From assembly GCA_023247725.1 (NCBI GenBank), contig JAHFFW010000009.1:14424-78423 (forward strand): a stretch of DNA of 64,000 nt, in the 5' to 3' direction. Below are positions 54,937-64,000 of this stretch, piece by piece. Origin of the DNA: Candidatus Omnitrophota bacterium (GTDB taxonomy: Bacteria > Omnitrophota > Gorgyraeia > Zapsychrales > JAHFFX01). The position numbers were made by a program, and so were the translations under genes. Within the stretch, counting starts at the first letter, position 1. Each line of letters begins with the position of its first letter. The notes beneath the pieces were generated by a model that did no database searches, was not told the DNA's origin, and worked only from the letters and a program-made list of their open reading frames with translations.

Positions 54937-56457
54937 TTATGGCTGGGAAAGCACTTTATTGATGGCGTTTAAGTAGGCCTTGGCCGAGGCTTCCAGAATA
55001 TCCGTGCTGGCGCCGTGGGCGATCACTTTTTTCCCGCCGATCTTGACCTTGGCGGTGACTTCTCCAATCGCGTCCTTTCCCCGGGTCACCGATTGAATGG
55101 AATATTCCAAAAGCTCGCCTTTCATCTGGGTCACCGCATCGATCGCCTTGTAGAGGGCATCCACCGGCCCGTCCCCGGTCGAACGGGTTTTGTAAATTTT
55201 TCCTTTGGATTTGAGTGACAGCTCGACCCTGGGTTTTAGATTCGTGCCGCTGGTCGTCTTCAAACTGACGAGACTCCAGGTGTCTTTGACGGTTTTCACC
55301 TCATCTTCCGCAATCGTCAACAAATCCTCGTCGAATATCTGTTTTTTCTTGTCGGCCAGACGCTTGAATATCTCGAAGGCCTTATCCAATTGCGCGGGTT
55401 TTAATTCCACGCCCAGATGTTTTAAACGCTCCAGGAAGGCGTGCCGTCCCGAATGTTTCCCCAAGACCAATCCGGTCCCCACAAATCCCACATCTTCGGG
55501 ACGCATGATTTCATAGGTGGAACGCTCTTTCAACATTCCGTCTTGATGAATGCCGGCCTCGTGCCGAAACGCATTGGCGCCCACAATCGCTTTATTCGGC
55601 GGGACGACAAAACCCGTGGCCTTGCTGACCAGACGCGAGACGCGGCAGATTTCTTTCGTCTGAATGCCGGTGCAGCATCCGTAATAATCCCGGCGGGTCG
55701 CAAGGGCCATCACGATTTCTTCCATCGAGGCGTTGCCGGCGCGTTCGCCAATGCCATTGATCGTGCATTCAACCTGCCGGGCCCCATTTTTAATAGCGGC
55801 CAGGCTGTTGGCGACCCCCATCCCCAAATCGTCATGGCAATGGACGGAAATGATCGCTTGATGAATATTGGGCACATGCTCTTTAATATCCGCAATCAAT
55901 TGCCCATAAAGAGCCGGAATTGTGTACCCGACGGTATCGGGAATATTGACCGTCCTTGCTCCGGCCTTAATGACCGCTTCAAGGATGCGATAAAGAAAAT
56001 TCTTATCGGAGCGGGTGGCATCCTCGGGAGAGAACTCGATATCATCCATTTTATCTCTGGCATATTTGACCGCATCGACGGCCATCTGTAAAATCTGCTC
56101 GGGAGTTTTTTTGAATTTATGCTCAAGATGGATCTTGGAGGTGGCCAAAAAAACATGGATGCGGCCATGCCTGGCCGTTTTGACGGCCTCGGCGGCTGCG
56201 TCAATATCCTGTTTGATGGACCGGGCCAGTCCGCAGACAATGGAATTCCTGATCGTCTTGGCCACTTTTCTAACGGATTGGAAATCTCCCGGAGAGCTGA
56301 CGGGAAATCCTGCCTCAATCACATCGACCCCCAGGCGCTCGAGGGCTAAAGCGATCTCCAGCTTTTCTTTTTCATTCATGCTGGCGCCGGGCGCCTGCTC
56401 GCCGTCGCGCAGGGTGGTGTCGAAAATCAAGACTCTTTGTCCTGGATCTGACATCAT
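54937..56457 (-). CDS. leuA: 2-isopropylmalate synthase
   Basis: [14 protein letters not shown]; HxH TIM-barrel metal site; C-terminal LeuA dimerisation domain. Confidence 0.85.
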   Translation of the reverse strand: MMSDPGQRVLIFDTTLRDGEQAPGASMNEKEKLEIALALERLGVDVIEAGFPVSSPGDFQSVRKVAKTIRNSIVCGLARSIKQDIDAAAEAVKTARHGRIHVFLATSKIHLEHKFKKTPEQILQMAVDAVKYARDKMDDIEFSPEDATRSDKNFLYRILEAVIKAGARTVNIPDTVGYTIPALYGQLIADIKEHVPNIHQAIISVHCHDDLGMGVANSLAAIKNGARQVECTINGIGERAGNASMEEIVMALATRRDYYGCCTGIQTKEICRVSRLVSKATGFVVPPNKAIVGANAFRHEAGIHQDGMLKERSTYEIMRPEDVGFVGTGLVLGKHSGRHAFLERLKHLGVELKPAQLDKAFEIFKRLADKKKQIFDEDLLTIAEDEVKTVKDTWSLVSLKTTSGTNLKPRVELSLKSKGKIYKTRSTGDGPVDALYKAIDAVTQMKGELLEYSIQSVTRGKDAIGEVTAKVKIGGKKVIAHGASTDILEASAKAYLNAINKVLSQP

Positions 56458-56463
56458 TCTTCT

Positions 56464-56655
56464 TTAAAATCCTTTCTCTTTCAATCTCTGCCATATCTTT
56501 TTATTTTTGGGTGGCATCAGGCGATCAAGAAAATGATTCATGTTCTCCAGCCATTGCAATTTTTGCCGTAAAGGCAAAGCGATATAGCTTTTTAAATCTT
56601 CTGTACAATATCCTTCATTTTTATTTTTCTTTCTGATCACGACCCAACTCCTCAA
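56464..56655 (-). CDS. Small hypothetical ORF (63 aa) upstream of leuA
   Basis: Track ORF with no recognisable features. It overlaps the end of the nucleotidyltransferase gene by 35 nt. Confidence 0.2.
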   Translation of the reverse strand: MRSWVVIRKKNKNEGYCTEDLKSYIALPLRQKLQWLENMNHFLDRLMPPKNKKIWQRLKEKGF

Positions 56656-57124
56656 TTTGCTTTAATCCGATGATGTCCAGTTGATCTCTCGCTCGGCCAG
56701 CGCTTTTTTTCATTTTAATCAAATTGGCAATGTCCATGACTGGCACCACTAGGCCTCGGTCTCGAAAAATCTTTCTTCGCCTGAAAGCCTTCGAGAAATT
56801 AATCGGATGATCAATGACCACATCCAAATATTTGCTTTGAAAACCTGGATCATAAAACGTAAACGCCTTCATATTTTTGTCTTTGATCCAAACTCTCCTT
56901 AACGCGGCAATCGCAAAATCCTCGATCTTCACCGGAATTCTTGGCACTAATCTTAATCTCTTAACGGCCTTGACAAAATTTCTGATGTTTCCATCTTGCA
57001 AAAGGAGGATGATATCCAAATCCGCGGTTAAACGATAGAAACCATGCAAGTTAACAGCCAACCCTCCTACGACTAAATATTTTACCTTGCGGCGATTGAG
57101 TTCCTGTAGAATTTCCTCAAACAT
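56621..57124 (-). CDS. Pol-beta-superfamily nucleotidyltransferase (Lnu/ANT(2'')-like fold), function unknown
   Basis: KYLVVGGLAVNLHGFYRLTADLDIIL matches the hGG.A...G..R.T.DlDi minimal-NTase motif. The start was moved to MFEEILQ (57124), 4 nt after the methyltransferase stop. Confidence 0.5.
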   Translation of the reverse strand: MFEEILQELNRRKVKYLVVGGLAVNLHGFYRLTADLDIILLLQDGNIRNFVKAVKRLRLVPRIPVKIEDFAIAALRRVWIKDKNMKAFTFYDPGFQSKYLDVVIDHPINFSKAFRRRKIFRDRGLVVPVMDIANLIKMKKSAGRARDQLDIIGLKQIEELGRDQKEK

Positions 57125-57746
57125 GGAATTGATCCTGGAAATCCCGAATTCTTTCTCGAACCAGCCCAACCGCCAGCCTTGGGGCTCCGATGCCGGTGGC
57201 ATTGGCATGGGAATAAATTTCGATGCGATCGATATCCTCGTCGATAACATGGCGCTTCTTCTCCCCCACCAGCCGGAGGTTGAGGCCTTTATGCTCCAAC
57301 AACATTGTTTCAATGCCGAAACTTGCAACAAATCGTTTCAAACTTTCTTCCGAGTACCCCCATTTGTGATTGCCAAAATGACCGATATAAACTGTCGAAC
57401 GCCACATATTCTCACCGAATATGAAATCCACAAAGTTATCAAATCCAAACTTAAAGTAGCGAAAAAGTATCTTCTTGAAATTAGGAACCTGCAAGGTGAT
57501 CGTTCCGCCAATCTTCAACACCCTGGCCCACTGGGCAAAAACAACATACCGCACGTACTTATCGAAGTGCTCCAACAAATCCTCGGCGAGGATGGCATCC
57601 ACGCTCTGATCTTCGTATGGTAAGGGCTGCGTCAGATCGAGAACAAGGTCCGGCTGGCAACGGGCGACCGAATCGATGTTCACCCAGCCGGGCAATTTGT
57701 TGGTCCCGCAGCCGAGGTGGAGCTTGAGGGGTTGTTCGTTAGACAT
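57117..57746 (-). CDS. Class I SAM-dependent methyltransferase
   Basis: LHLGCGTNKLPGWVNID motif I, LAEDLLEH, LKIGG. The start was moved to MSNEQPL because the track's N-terminal extension runs through a structured repeat region. Confidence 0.65.
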   Translation of the reverse strand: MSNEQPLKLHLGCGTNKLPGWVNIDSVARCQPDLVLDLTQPLPYEDQSVDAILAEDLLEHFDKYVRYVVFAQWARVLKIGGTITLQVPNFKKILFRYFKFGFDNFVDFIFGENMWRSTVYIGHFGNHKWGYSEESLKRFVASFGIETMLLEHKGLNLRLVGEKKRHVIDEDIDRIEIYSHANATGIGAPRLAVGLVRERIRDFQDQFHV

Positions 57747-57937
57747 ACTTAGTGTACGTAGGACGATGGACGTCCGTTCACCCGCCTTCGGCGGGTTCAC
57801 TTGGACGTGGGACGTTCGCTCGTCCCCGCCATTGTGGCGGGGGCTCGCTCGGACGAAGGACGTAAAATTGAATGTGGCACCATTCAAAGGCCACGTCCCA
57901 CGTCCAACGAATCTCACTGGCGCTACCTCTGGCCATT
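57747..57937. repeat. Highly structured GC-rich intergenic element with nested inverted repeats
   Basis: ttggacgtgggacgt ... acgtcccacgtccaa (15-bp arms about 80 bp apart). Hairpins acccgcc-ttcg-ggcgggt, ccccgcc-attgt-ggcgggg and ttgaatg..cattcaa. Repeated GGACG(T/A) units. Confidence 0.45.
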
Positions 57938-58366
57938 CTATGAATCCTGATCCTGTAAGAAGCGCATAATCTCCTGCGAGAACTGTTGAAAATCGGCGAG
58001 GTCATTTTGTAGGTGTTTATAAACCAATTCCCAATTAATCCGACTGTATTCATGGACGATAAGATTTCTGAATTTAACGGCCTGTGAAAATCTTTCGGCA
58101 ATGGATAAGGAAATAATATTATGCTTGGCGAGCCCGGCGAAGATATCTTTCCCTTCCTGTGGTTTGGGAAGTTTCTTTTCACTGATAATCAATTCTCCGA
58201 TATCCATCGTGCTCTCCACCGCGACTTGAAAATATCTCAATATAGCTCCTTGAACCGTATGATCTTTGAGGATCTCTGGCAGTGAGAGTTTTTGATAGCC
58301 TTGCAAATACCTCGAGCACTCTTGCAAATGCTCCATCTTGGTCACTATGGAAATTTTAGCAATCAT
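57938..58366 (-). CDS. hepT: HepT-like HEPN toxin (DUF86)
   Basis: RNLIVHEY matches the Rx4HxY HEPN motif. 142 aa. ATGA overlap with the upstream MntA gene. Confidence 0.7.
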   Translation of the reverse strand: MIAKISIVTKMEHLQECSRYLQGYQKLSLPEILKDHTVQGAILRYFQVAVESTMDIGELIISEKKLPKPQEGKDIFAGLAKHNIISLSIAERFSQAVKFRNLIVHEYSRINWELVYKHLQNDLADFQQFSQEIMRFLQDQDS

Positions 58367-58812
58367 AAGATCCCCTCCCTGGCAATCCTGGCAATGGCAA
58401 GGTCGGCGTGGCGGCCGAAATAATACTGCTCATCATAAAACTGACTCATCACTCTCGCCTCAAAATGGATCCTCGTCCATTCGTTCTGACAAACCAGGAT
58501 TTCCCCTTCTCGGATCACATTGAACTTTAAAAATAATGGCGCATCATTGAGCACCACCAGATCCACAAAAGGAGAGCTGCGCCAGGGCCCTTGCAGTTGC
58601 CCGATCAAATCCAATCGCTTTTGCAAGCGTTGATCATTATCCAACGAGGGTGCCAGATACACCGCCAGATCCATATCGCTTCGTTGACTAACTTCCCGGC
58701 GTGCCACCGAACCGAACACATAGGCCACGATCACGGTGGGATCTTTCGAAAAGCCCTGCTTCGCCTTTTCTTTCAGTTGCTCTAGCCTTTGCTCGTAATC
58801 GTCCTCAGACAT
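58363..58812 (-). CDS. mntA: MntA-like nucleotidyltransferase antitoxin
   Basis: FGSVARREVSQRSDMDLAV matches the GSxAR...SDxDL minimal NTase motif. It is paired with HepT. Confidence 0.7.
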   Translation of the reverse strand: MSEDDYEQRLEQLKEKAKQGFSKDPTVIVAYVFGSVARREVSQRSDMDLAVYLAPSLDNDQRLQKRLDLIGQLQGPWRSSPFVDLVVLNDAPLFLKFNVIREGEILVCQNEWTRIHFEARVMSQFYDEQYYFGRHADLAIARIAREGIL

Positions 58813-59392
58813 GAGAGGAAGCCCTTAAAGGAATTTGTTTGGATTTCTTAAACACTCTCACCCTATCAGCACATCCCTTGGAAAGCTGAGGTTCTGGGCC
58901 AAGTCCTTCGCTAAAGCGGCGCAACTCATAAAACAATCGGATCAAGGGATGCTCATCTTCTTTTAGTTTAATCCTAACGAGGCGACGTTTTCCTAACCGG
59001 CGATCAATCATTCCTAAGGCTCGGATCAATATTTTTTCAGAAGCCATCGCTTCATCAATGGAATACGACAAATAGTCTTGTAAAATGCGTTGCGAATTCT
59101 CATGGCCACTCATGGCTAATTTATCCATTCTTCGACCCGCCTCGAGATATCGATTCTTTTTTTCTACGGTTTGATCCATTTTTACTTGCTGGCATACTGC
59201 ATTCCAGAAGATTTCGGCTTCATGACTATTGGACCGGAAAACGATAAGGCGGTCCACAAGAATTCTCATCTCACCTAAAGCTATATGCGGGGTCTTCCTC
59301 GTCCGATATAAAACCACATGTAATGCAATCCTTTTTCTCAAGGGCTCGCAAAAGTTGCTTTCAATTTTCTTTTTTAATTGGCTCCAGTACAT
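58805..59392 (-). CDS. Hypothetical protein (195 aa), first gene of the island
   Basis: No recognisable family. It overlaps the mntA start by 8 nt. Confidence 0.4.
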   Translation of the reverse strand: MYWSQLKKKIESNFCEPLRKRIALHVVLYRTRKTPHIALGEMRILVDRLIVFRSNSHEAEIFWNAVCQQVKMDQTVEKKNRYLEAGRRMDKLAMSGHENSQRILQDYLSYSIDEAMASEKILIRALGMIDRRLGKRRLVRIKLKEDEHPLIRLFYELRRFSEGLGPEPQLSKGCADRVRVFKKSKQIPLRASSHV

Positions 59393-59414
59393 CCCATTTC
59401 CTAGGGTTTCACAA

Positions 59415-60407
59415 TCACTTCCGCATCCACGGCATCATGTCGCGCAATTTCCGTCCCACCTGCTCCACCGGATGATTCTCGTCGCGCTGTCGGTACTCGT
59501 TGAACTTTGGGCGGCCTTTTCTATTTTCCCGGATCCATTCGCGCGCGAATTTGCCCGATTGAACTTCTTTGAGAATCTTGCGCATTTCTTTGCGAGTGCG
59601 TTCACCGATGACGCGCGGGCCCCGGGAGTAATCGCCGTACTCGGCGGTGTCCGACACCCGTTTGCGCATTCCGGTCAATCCGCCTTCGTAAATCAAATCC
59701 ACAATAAGTTTGAGTTCATGACAGCATTCAAAATAAGCGATTTCCGGTTGATAGCCAGCCTCGACGAGGGTTTCGAAACCGGCCTTGATCAATTCACTCG
59801 TTCCCCCGCAAAGAACCGTTTGTTCCCCAAATAAATCCGTTTCGGTTTCTTCTTTAAAGGTGGTCTCGATGACGCCCGCCCGCGTGCCGCCGATGCCTTT
59901 GGCATACGCCAGCGCGATTTGCAAAGCCTGGCCCGTCGCATCCTGATGAATCGCCACCAAACAGGGAACGCCTTTTCCTTCCTCATATTGCCGGCGCACC
60001 AGTGAACCCGGTCCTTTGGGCGCAATCATGAACACATCCAGATCACTGGCCGGGATGATTTGCCGGAAATGAATATTGAATCCATGGGAAAAAAGCAGGG
60101 CCTTGCCTTTTTTCATGTGTTTCTTGATGGACTTTTTATAAAGGTCGCCTTGAAGATGATCCTGCACTAAAAGTTGGATAATCTCGGCACGATTGGCCGC
60201 TTCCCCGGCCTCGACGGGCTCAAATCCATCTTGTCTGGCTTGCTCATAATTGGGCCCACCCGCACGCTGGCCGATCACGACCTTTAAACCGCTGTCGCGC
60301 AAATTGAGCGCCTGCCCTCGTCCCTGAATGCCATAACCGATGATGGCGATCGTCTTGTCTTTGATCAAATCCAGATCTGCGTCTTTGTCGTAATAGATTT
60401 TCGGCAT
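59415..60407 (-). CDS. ilvC: Ketol-acid reductoisomerase
   Basis: [21 protein letters not shown]. 330-aa class I KARI. Confidence 0.9.
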   Translation of the reverse strand: MPKIYYDKDADLDLIKDKTIAIIGYGIQGRGQALNLRDSGLKVVIGQRAGGPNYEQARQDGFEPVEAGEAANRAEIIQLLVQDHLQGDLYKKSIKKHMKKGKALLFSHGFNIHFRQIIPASDLDVFMIAPKGPGSLVRRQYEEGKGVPCLVAIHQDATGQALQIALAYAKGIGGTRAGVIETTFKEETETDLFGEQTVLCGGTSELIKAGFETLVEAGYQPEIAYFECCHELKLIVDLIYEGGLTGMRKRVSDTAEYGDYSRGPRVIGERTRKEMRKILKEVQSGKFAREWIRENRKGRPKFNEYRQRDENHPVEQVGRKLRDMMPWMRK

Positions 60408-60479
60408 GAGGGTGTCCTTTTTTGTCCAGAAACTTTTATGAGAAAAATGAATAACAGCTATTTTAGGTTGATTTACCTT

Positions 60480-61445
60480 TTAAGTCAAAATTTTTAAAAG
60501 CTTGTAGTTTTCTTTGTAGTTGAGATTTTCCCGACGCCGCGCCTTCGCCAGATCGATGATGTGGATTTTATTCTGCAGAACGCCGACCGCCTTGCCGAAC
60601 TTGCCCTTTCGAATCAATTGAACGGCCTCGGCTCCCAGGCGGGTCGCAAGGATGCGGTCCGAGGCAACCGGAGTTCCGCCGCGCTGGACATGCCCGAGAA
60701 CGACATAGCGGGTTTCCAAACCGGTTGCCTGCGTAATTCTTTTGGCCACGTCCTGCGCCTTGGCCGCGCCTTCGGCCGCAATCACCATCCAGCTGAGTTT
60801 CCCCTTTTTATTTCCCTCCACCATATCCTGGTAAAGTTTAGCGTAATTAAATTTCTGTTCGGGGATGATGACATCCTCCGCTCCGGAGGCGAGCGCCACT
60901 TGCATGGCAATGAATCCGGATTTATTTCCCATGACCTCAATGACAAAGATCCGTTCCATGCTATGCGCCGTGTCGCGGATTTTGTCGATGGATTCGATGG
61001 CGGTATTGATCGCAGTATTGGAACTGACGGTTTGATCAGTTCCCACCAGATCATTATCAATCGTTCCGGGCAGGCCGACGATCGGAATATGAAACCTGGT
61101 AAAAAGCTCGTTGGCCGCGCGGTATGTTCCGTCGCCGCCGATCGCAATCAAGGCATCCAACTCATGCTGACGAATGGTCGCGACGGCCTTTTTTAAGCCA
61201 GCCGGCGTGCGAATCTCTTTCGATCGTGCGGTCTTAAGGATGGTCCCGCCGCGGTTAATGATATTGGCAACGGAACGATGATCAAGGTTGACCACCTCGC
61301 CCTTAATCAAACCGTCATAACCGCGTAGAACTCCCTTGACCTTAAAACCCTGGGCCAAGGCGCACCGCACCACGCTGCGGATGGCGGCATTCATGCCCGG
61401 GCCATCTCCCCCGGCCGTCAGTAAACCAATTTGCTTGACCTGCAT
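60480..61445 (-). CDS. pfkA: ATP-dependent 6-phosphofructokinase
   Basis: GGDGPGMNA, GGDGT, PGTIDNDL, MGNKSG. Confidence 0.85.
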   Translation of the reverse strand: MQVKQIGLLTAGGDGPGMNAAIRSVVRCALAQGFKVKGVLRGYDGLIKGEVVNLDHRSVANIINRGGTILKTARSKEIRTPAGLKKAVATIRQHELDALIAIGGDGTYRAANELFTRFHIPIVGLPGTIDNDLVGTDQTVSSNTAINTAIESIDKIRDTAHSMERIFVIEVMGNKSGFIAMQVALASGAEDVIIPEQKFNYAKLYQDMVEGNKKGKLSWMVIAAEGAAKAQDVAKRITQATGLETRYVVLGHVQRGGTPVASDRILATRLGAEAVQLIRKGKFGKAVGVLQNKIHIIDLAKARRRENLNYKENYKLLKILT

Positions 61446-63122
61446 TTATAATCCTTGAATTTGCAAATCCCGGGAATGCTCAACGAAGAAATCCAGGAAG
61501 ATTTCTTTTTTGGCCCGTGGCTCCAGAGGAAATTCCCAGCGCCAGATGCCGCTGCGTTTTTCCCAGTCCTTTTCTTTGGGCTCGGGATTAACGCTGGTCA
61601 CCTTCACCTTGATGCGGTCGTTGTCGGAAAAAGGGATGGCGTCGAAGAGGATCAGTTGGATTGGTTTATTTTTATAATTCTCGACGCTAATCCTGTACTT
61701 CAGACTTGTTTTACGGTTCGGCGAAGGAATCCCGCCGATGAGGACATCATCGATCTTGCGCTCCAGCTCGTCGCGCTTGACCTTCACATTTTCATCGATT
61801 CCCAGATAAAGAAGAAATTCCTCTCCCGGACCAATGGCATCAATCGAGGACGCCCCCACAAAATCCCCTTCCAGAAACACATTCACCCGGCCCGCCAACA
61901 ATTGTTCTTCACCTCCATTACGCACCTTTGTTCCCAGATACGCATAAGGGCTCACACGAGGATAGGCGGAATATTCAAATTTCGCGGTTAAGGATTGGGT
62001 CGAGATGGGCAGCTTTTGTTCCGTGCCGTCGGCAGTGATGCTGGCTTTTTTGGGGATCCGATACAAAACCGCAACGCCTTTGGATTCCACTTGAGTGAAC
62101 GCCATCTGCGCGGGCGTCGGGGTTGAGGCCGTCGCTCCTTCCATCGGCGGTGATGCAAGGTAATAGGGCTCATATTGATTCTGCGCCATATCGGCTGCAT
62201 TTTGCATCTTGGCCGCTCTGACCGGCTGGGGTTGATAGACCGAAAGAATCCACGGCGCCACATCCGGCATTCGGCCCTTCACCGATGGCTTGGCCGTCGA
62301 GAGCGTCAAATCCACATCGTTCCAATCTTCGCCGGTCGCTTGCTGCACAACGCCGAAGGTCGTTAGTTCCACCTTGCCAGAATCCAACGCAGCGCGCGCG
62401 TCGTACACCGGATGCCAGGCGGCCCCTTGCACCAGATAACTGACCTGAAGGCTAAGGTCGCCTGCCTTCTCGCAATCCACGTCGACGACAATATGACGCT
62501 GCAGCTGTGTTCCTTCCTGGCTGACTTGTCCTAATTCTTTCTCAAGGACTTCCTTTTCGCGGTTCAAATTCCTTAATTGAATATTGGCCTCTTGCTGCGA
62601 TTGATTGATCTTGGCGAGACTTTGCCCGATGAATTCCCGGACTTGTTCCAGCTCATTGACCGTCGGCATTTTCGTCACCAAATCCCGCGGAATCTGTTGT
62701 CCGGCGTACAATTTGACGGAGTCAATATATTCGCGCTGTTTCTGCAGGGACGCCAGGGAATTGGTGGTTTCCGTCATTTGATCCTCAAGGTCCTCGATCT
62801 TTTTGCGCAGGGATTTTTCGCGCTCATTGGCTGCCTGCTGGAGATATTCCCGTTTTAACAACGCGCCCAGAATTTTCACCTGCGCATGGCCCTCGCCGCT
62901 GACATTCAAAGAATTCTCATCAAATTCCGGAATGATGGGACCAAACGATAGGCTCTGTGGTCCGGCCTTTAATTCCACGTTTGCCCGACGGGTGACGAGC
63001 GCCGCTCCGGGATAAACCACGACCGAGGTAATCTGCGAATGGACCGGCAGCAAATCCGCAAAGCTTCGCTGATTCACACTGGCAAGACAGAATCCGATGA
63101 AGATCACTCTGAACCAACGCAT
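61446..63122 (-). CDS. DUF4139/DUF4140 (mucoidy-inhibitor MuiA-like) secreted coiled-coil protein
   Basis: The start was moved to MRWFRVIFIGFCLASV (signal peptide), with GGAAGGAG 6 nt upstream. It has a central coiled-coil and a beta-rich C-terminal domain. Confidence 0.55.
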   Translation of the reverse strand: MRWFRVIFIGFCLASVNQRSFADLLPVHSQITSVVVYPGAALVTRRANVELKAGPQSLSFGPIIPEFDENSLNVSGEGHAQVKILGALLKREYLQQAANEREKSLRKKIEDLEDQMTETTNSLASLQKQREYIDSVKLYAGQQIPRDLVTKMPTVNELEQVREFIGQSLAKINQSQQEANIQLRNLNREKEVLEKELGQVSQEGTQLQRHIVVDVDCEKAGDLSLQVSYLVQGAAWHPVYDARAALDSGKVELTTFGVVQQATGEDWNDVDLTLSTAKPSVKGRMPDVAPWILSVYQPQPVRAAKMQNAADMAQNQYEPYYLASPPMEGATASTPTPAQMAFTQVESKGVAVLYRIPKKASITADGTEQKLPISTQSLTAKFEYSAYPRVSPYAYLGTKVRNGGEEQLLAGRVNVFLEGDFVGASSIDAIGPGEEFLLYLGIDENVKVKRDELERKIDDVLIGGIPSPNRKTSLKYRISVENYKNKPIQLILFDAIPFSDNDRIKVKVTSVNPEPKEKDWEKRSGIWRWEFPLEPRAKKEIFLDFFVEHSRDLQIQGL

Positions 63123-63175
63123 GGTTGTCTCCTTCCATTGAGAATCTTTAAAAACAGGACGAAAAAATTCCAGGC

Positions 63176-63212
63176 CACGGGTCACAGGTACCAGTGACCC
63201 GTCACCGGTCAC
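63176..63212. repeat. GTGAC/GTCAC heptad-repeat palindrome downstream of ahcY
   Basis: cacgggtcacaggtaccagtgacccgtcaccggtcac. It shares the cacgggtcac core with the xer-proximal element. On the minus strand it is followed by AAUUUUUUCG. Confidence 0.4.
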
Positions 63213-63215
63213 TTC

Positions 63216-64000
<785 letters not shown>

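Noticed and set aside
56464-56655. Idea that the 63-aa ORF upstream of leuA is a leucine attenuation leader peptide
   Set aside because: The peptide is not Leu-rich and no terminator/antiterminator pair is obvious. It is kept only as a low-confidence ORF.

Overview
This is a 64-kb chromosomal segment from a Gram-negative bacterium, inferred from the Kdo/lipid A genes (waaA, lpxK, an LpxL-like gene), LpoB, a TamB-like gene, pstSCAB and a prepilin peptidase. Nearly all of about 65 genes are on the minus strand. The only credible plus-strand gene is a small CPXCG zinc-finger ORF.

Housekeeping genes include pckA, pstSCAB next to an Rrf2 regulator, a type-II NADH dehydrogenase, TerC, YceI, a UbiA-family prenyltransferase, a UvrD-like helicase and TreT. 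There is also an LPS-core cluster with two domain fusions (GT4-GT9 and LpxL-ELM1), followed by xerC/D, topA, dprA, aroK, pilD, aroE, leuA, ilvC, pfkA and a partial ahcY. I saw no rRNA, tRNA, CRISPR array or transposase.

The most interesting candidates are:
1. A tightly translation-coupled five-gene envelope operon (2492-6996). It encodes a DsbA-like protein, a MauE/DoxX-like CGC membrane protein, a signal-peptide-bearing Memo-AMMECR1 fusion with no radical-SAM partner, a membrane hypothetical, and an HTTM (vitamin-K carboxylase-like) - DCC fusion. This looks like an undescribed periplasmic redox or post-translational-modification system.
2. An unannotated 58-aa Met/Glu/Asn-rich secreted peptide with a strong ribosome-binding site (RBS) at 7211-7387, immediately upstream of that operon. 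It is a possible metal-binding peptide or modification substrate.
3. A roughly 2.9-kb accessory island between leuA and ilvC. It carries a HepT/MntA toxin-antitoxin pair, a Pol-beta nucleotidyltransferase, a SAM methyltransferase and a highly structured GC-rich intergenic element.
4. Palindromic GTGAC/GTCAC heptad-repeat elements flanking xerC/D, and a similar element downstream of ahcY.
5. A TerC leader with three mutually exclusive complementary repeats, a candidate riboswitch or attenuator.
6. A second unannotated small membrane-protein ORF upstream of yceI.

Coordinates derived by hand may be off by 1-2 nt.
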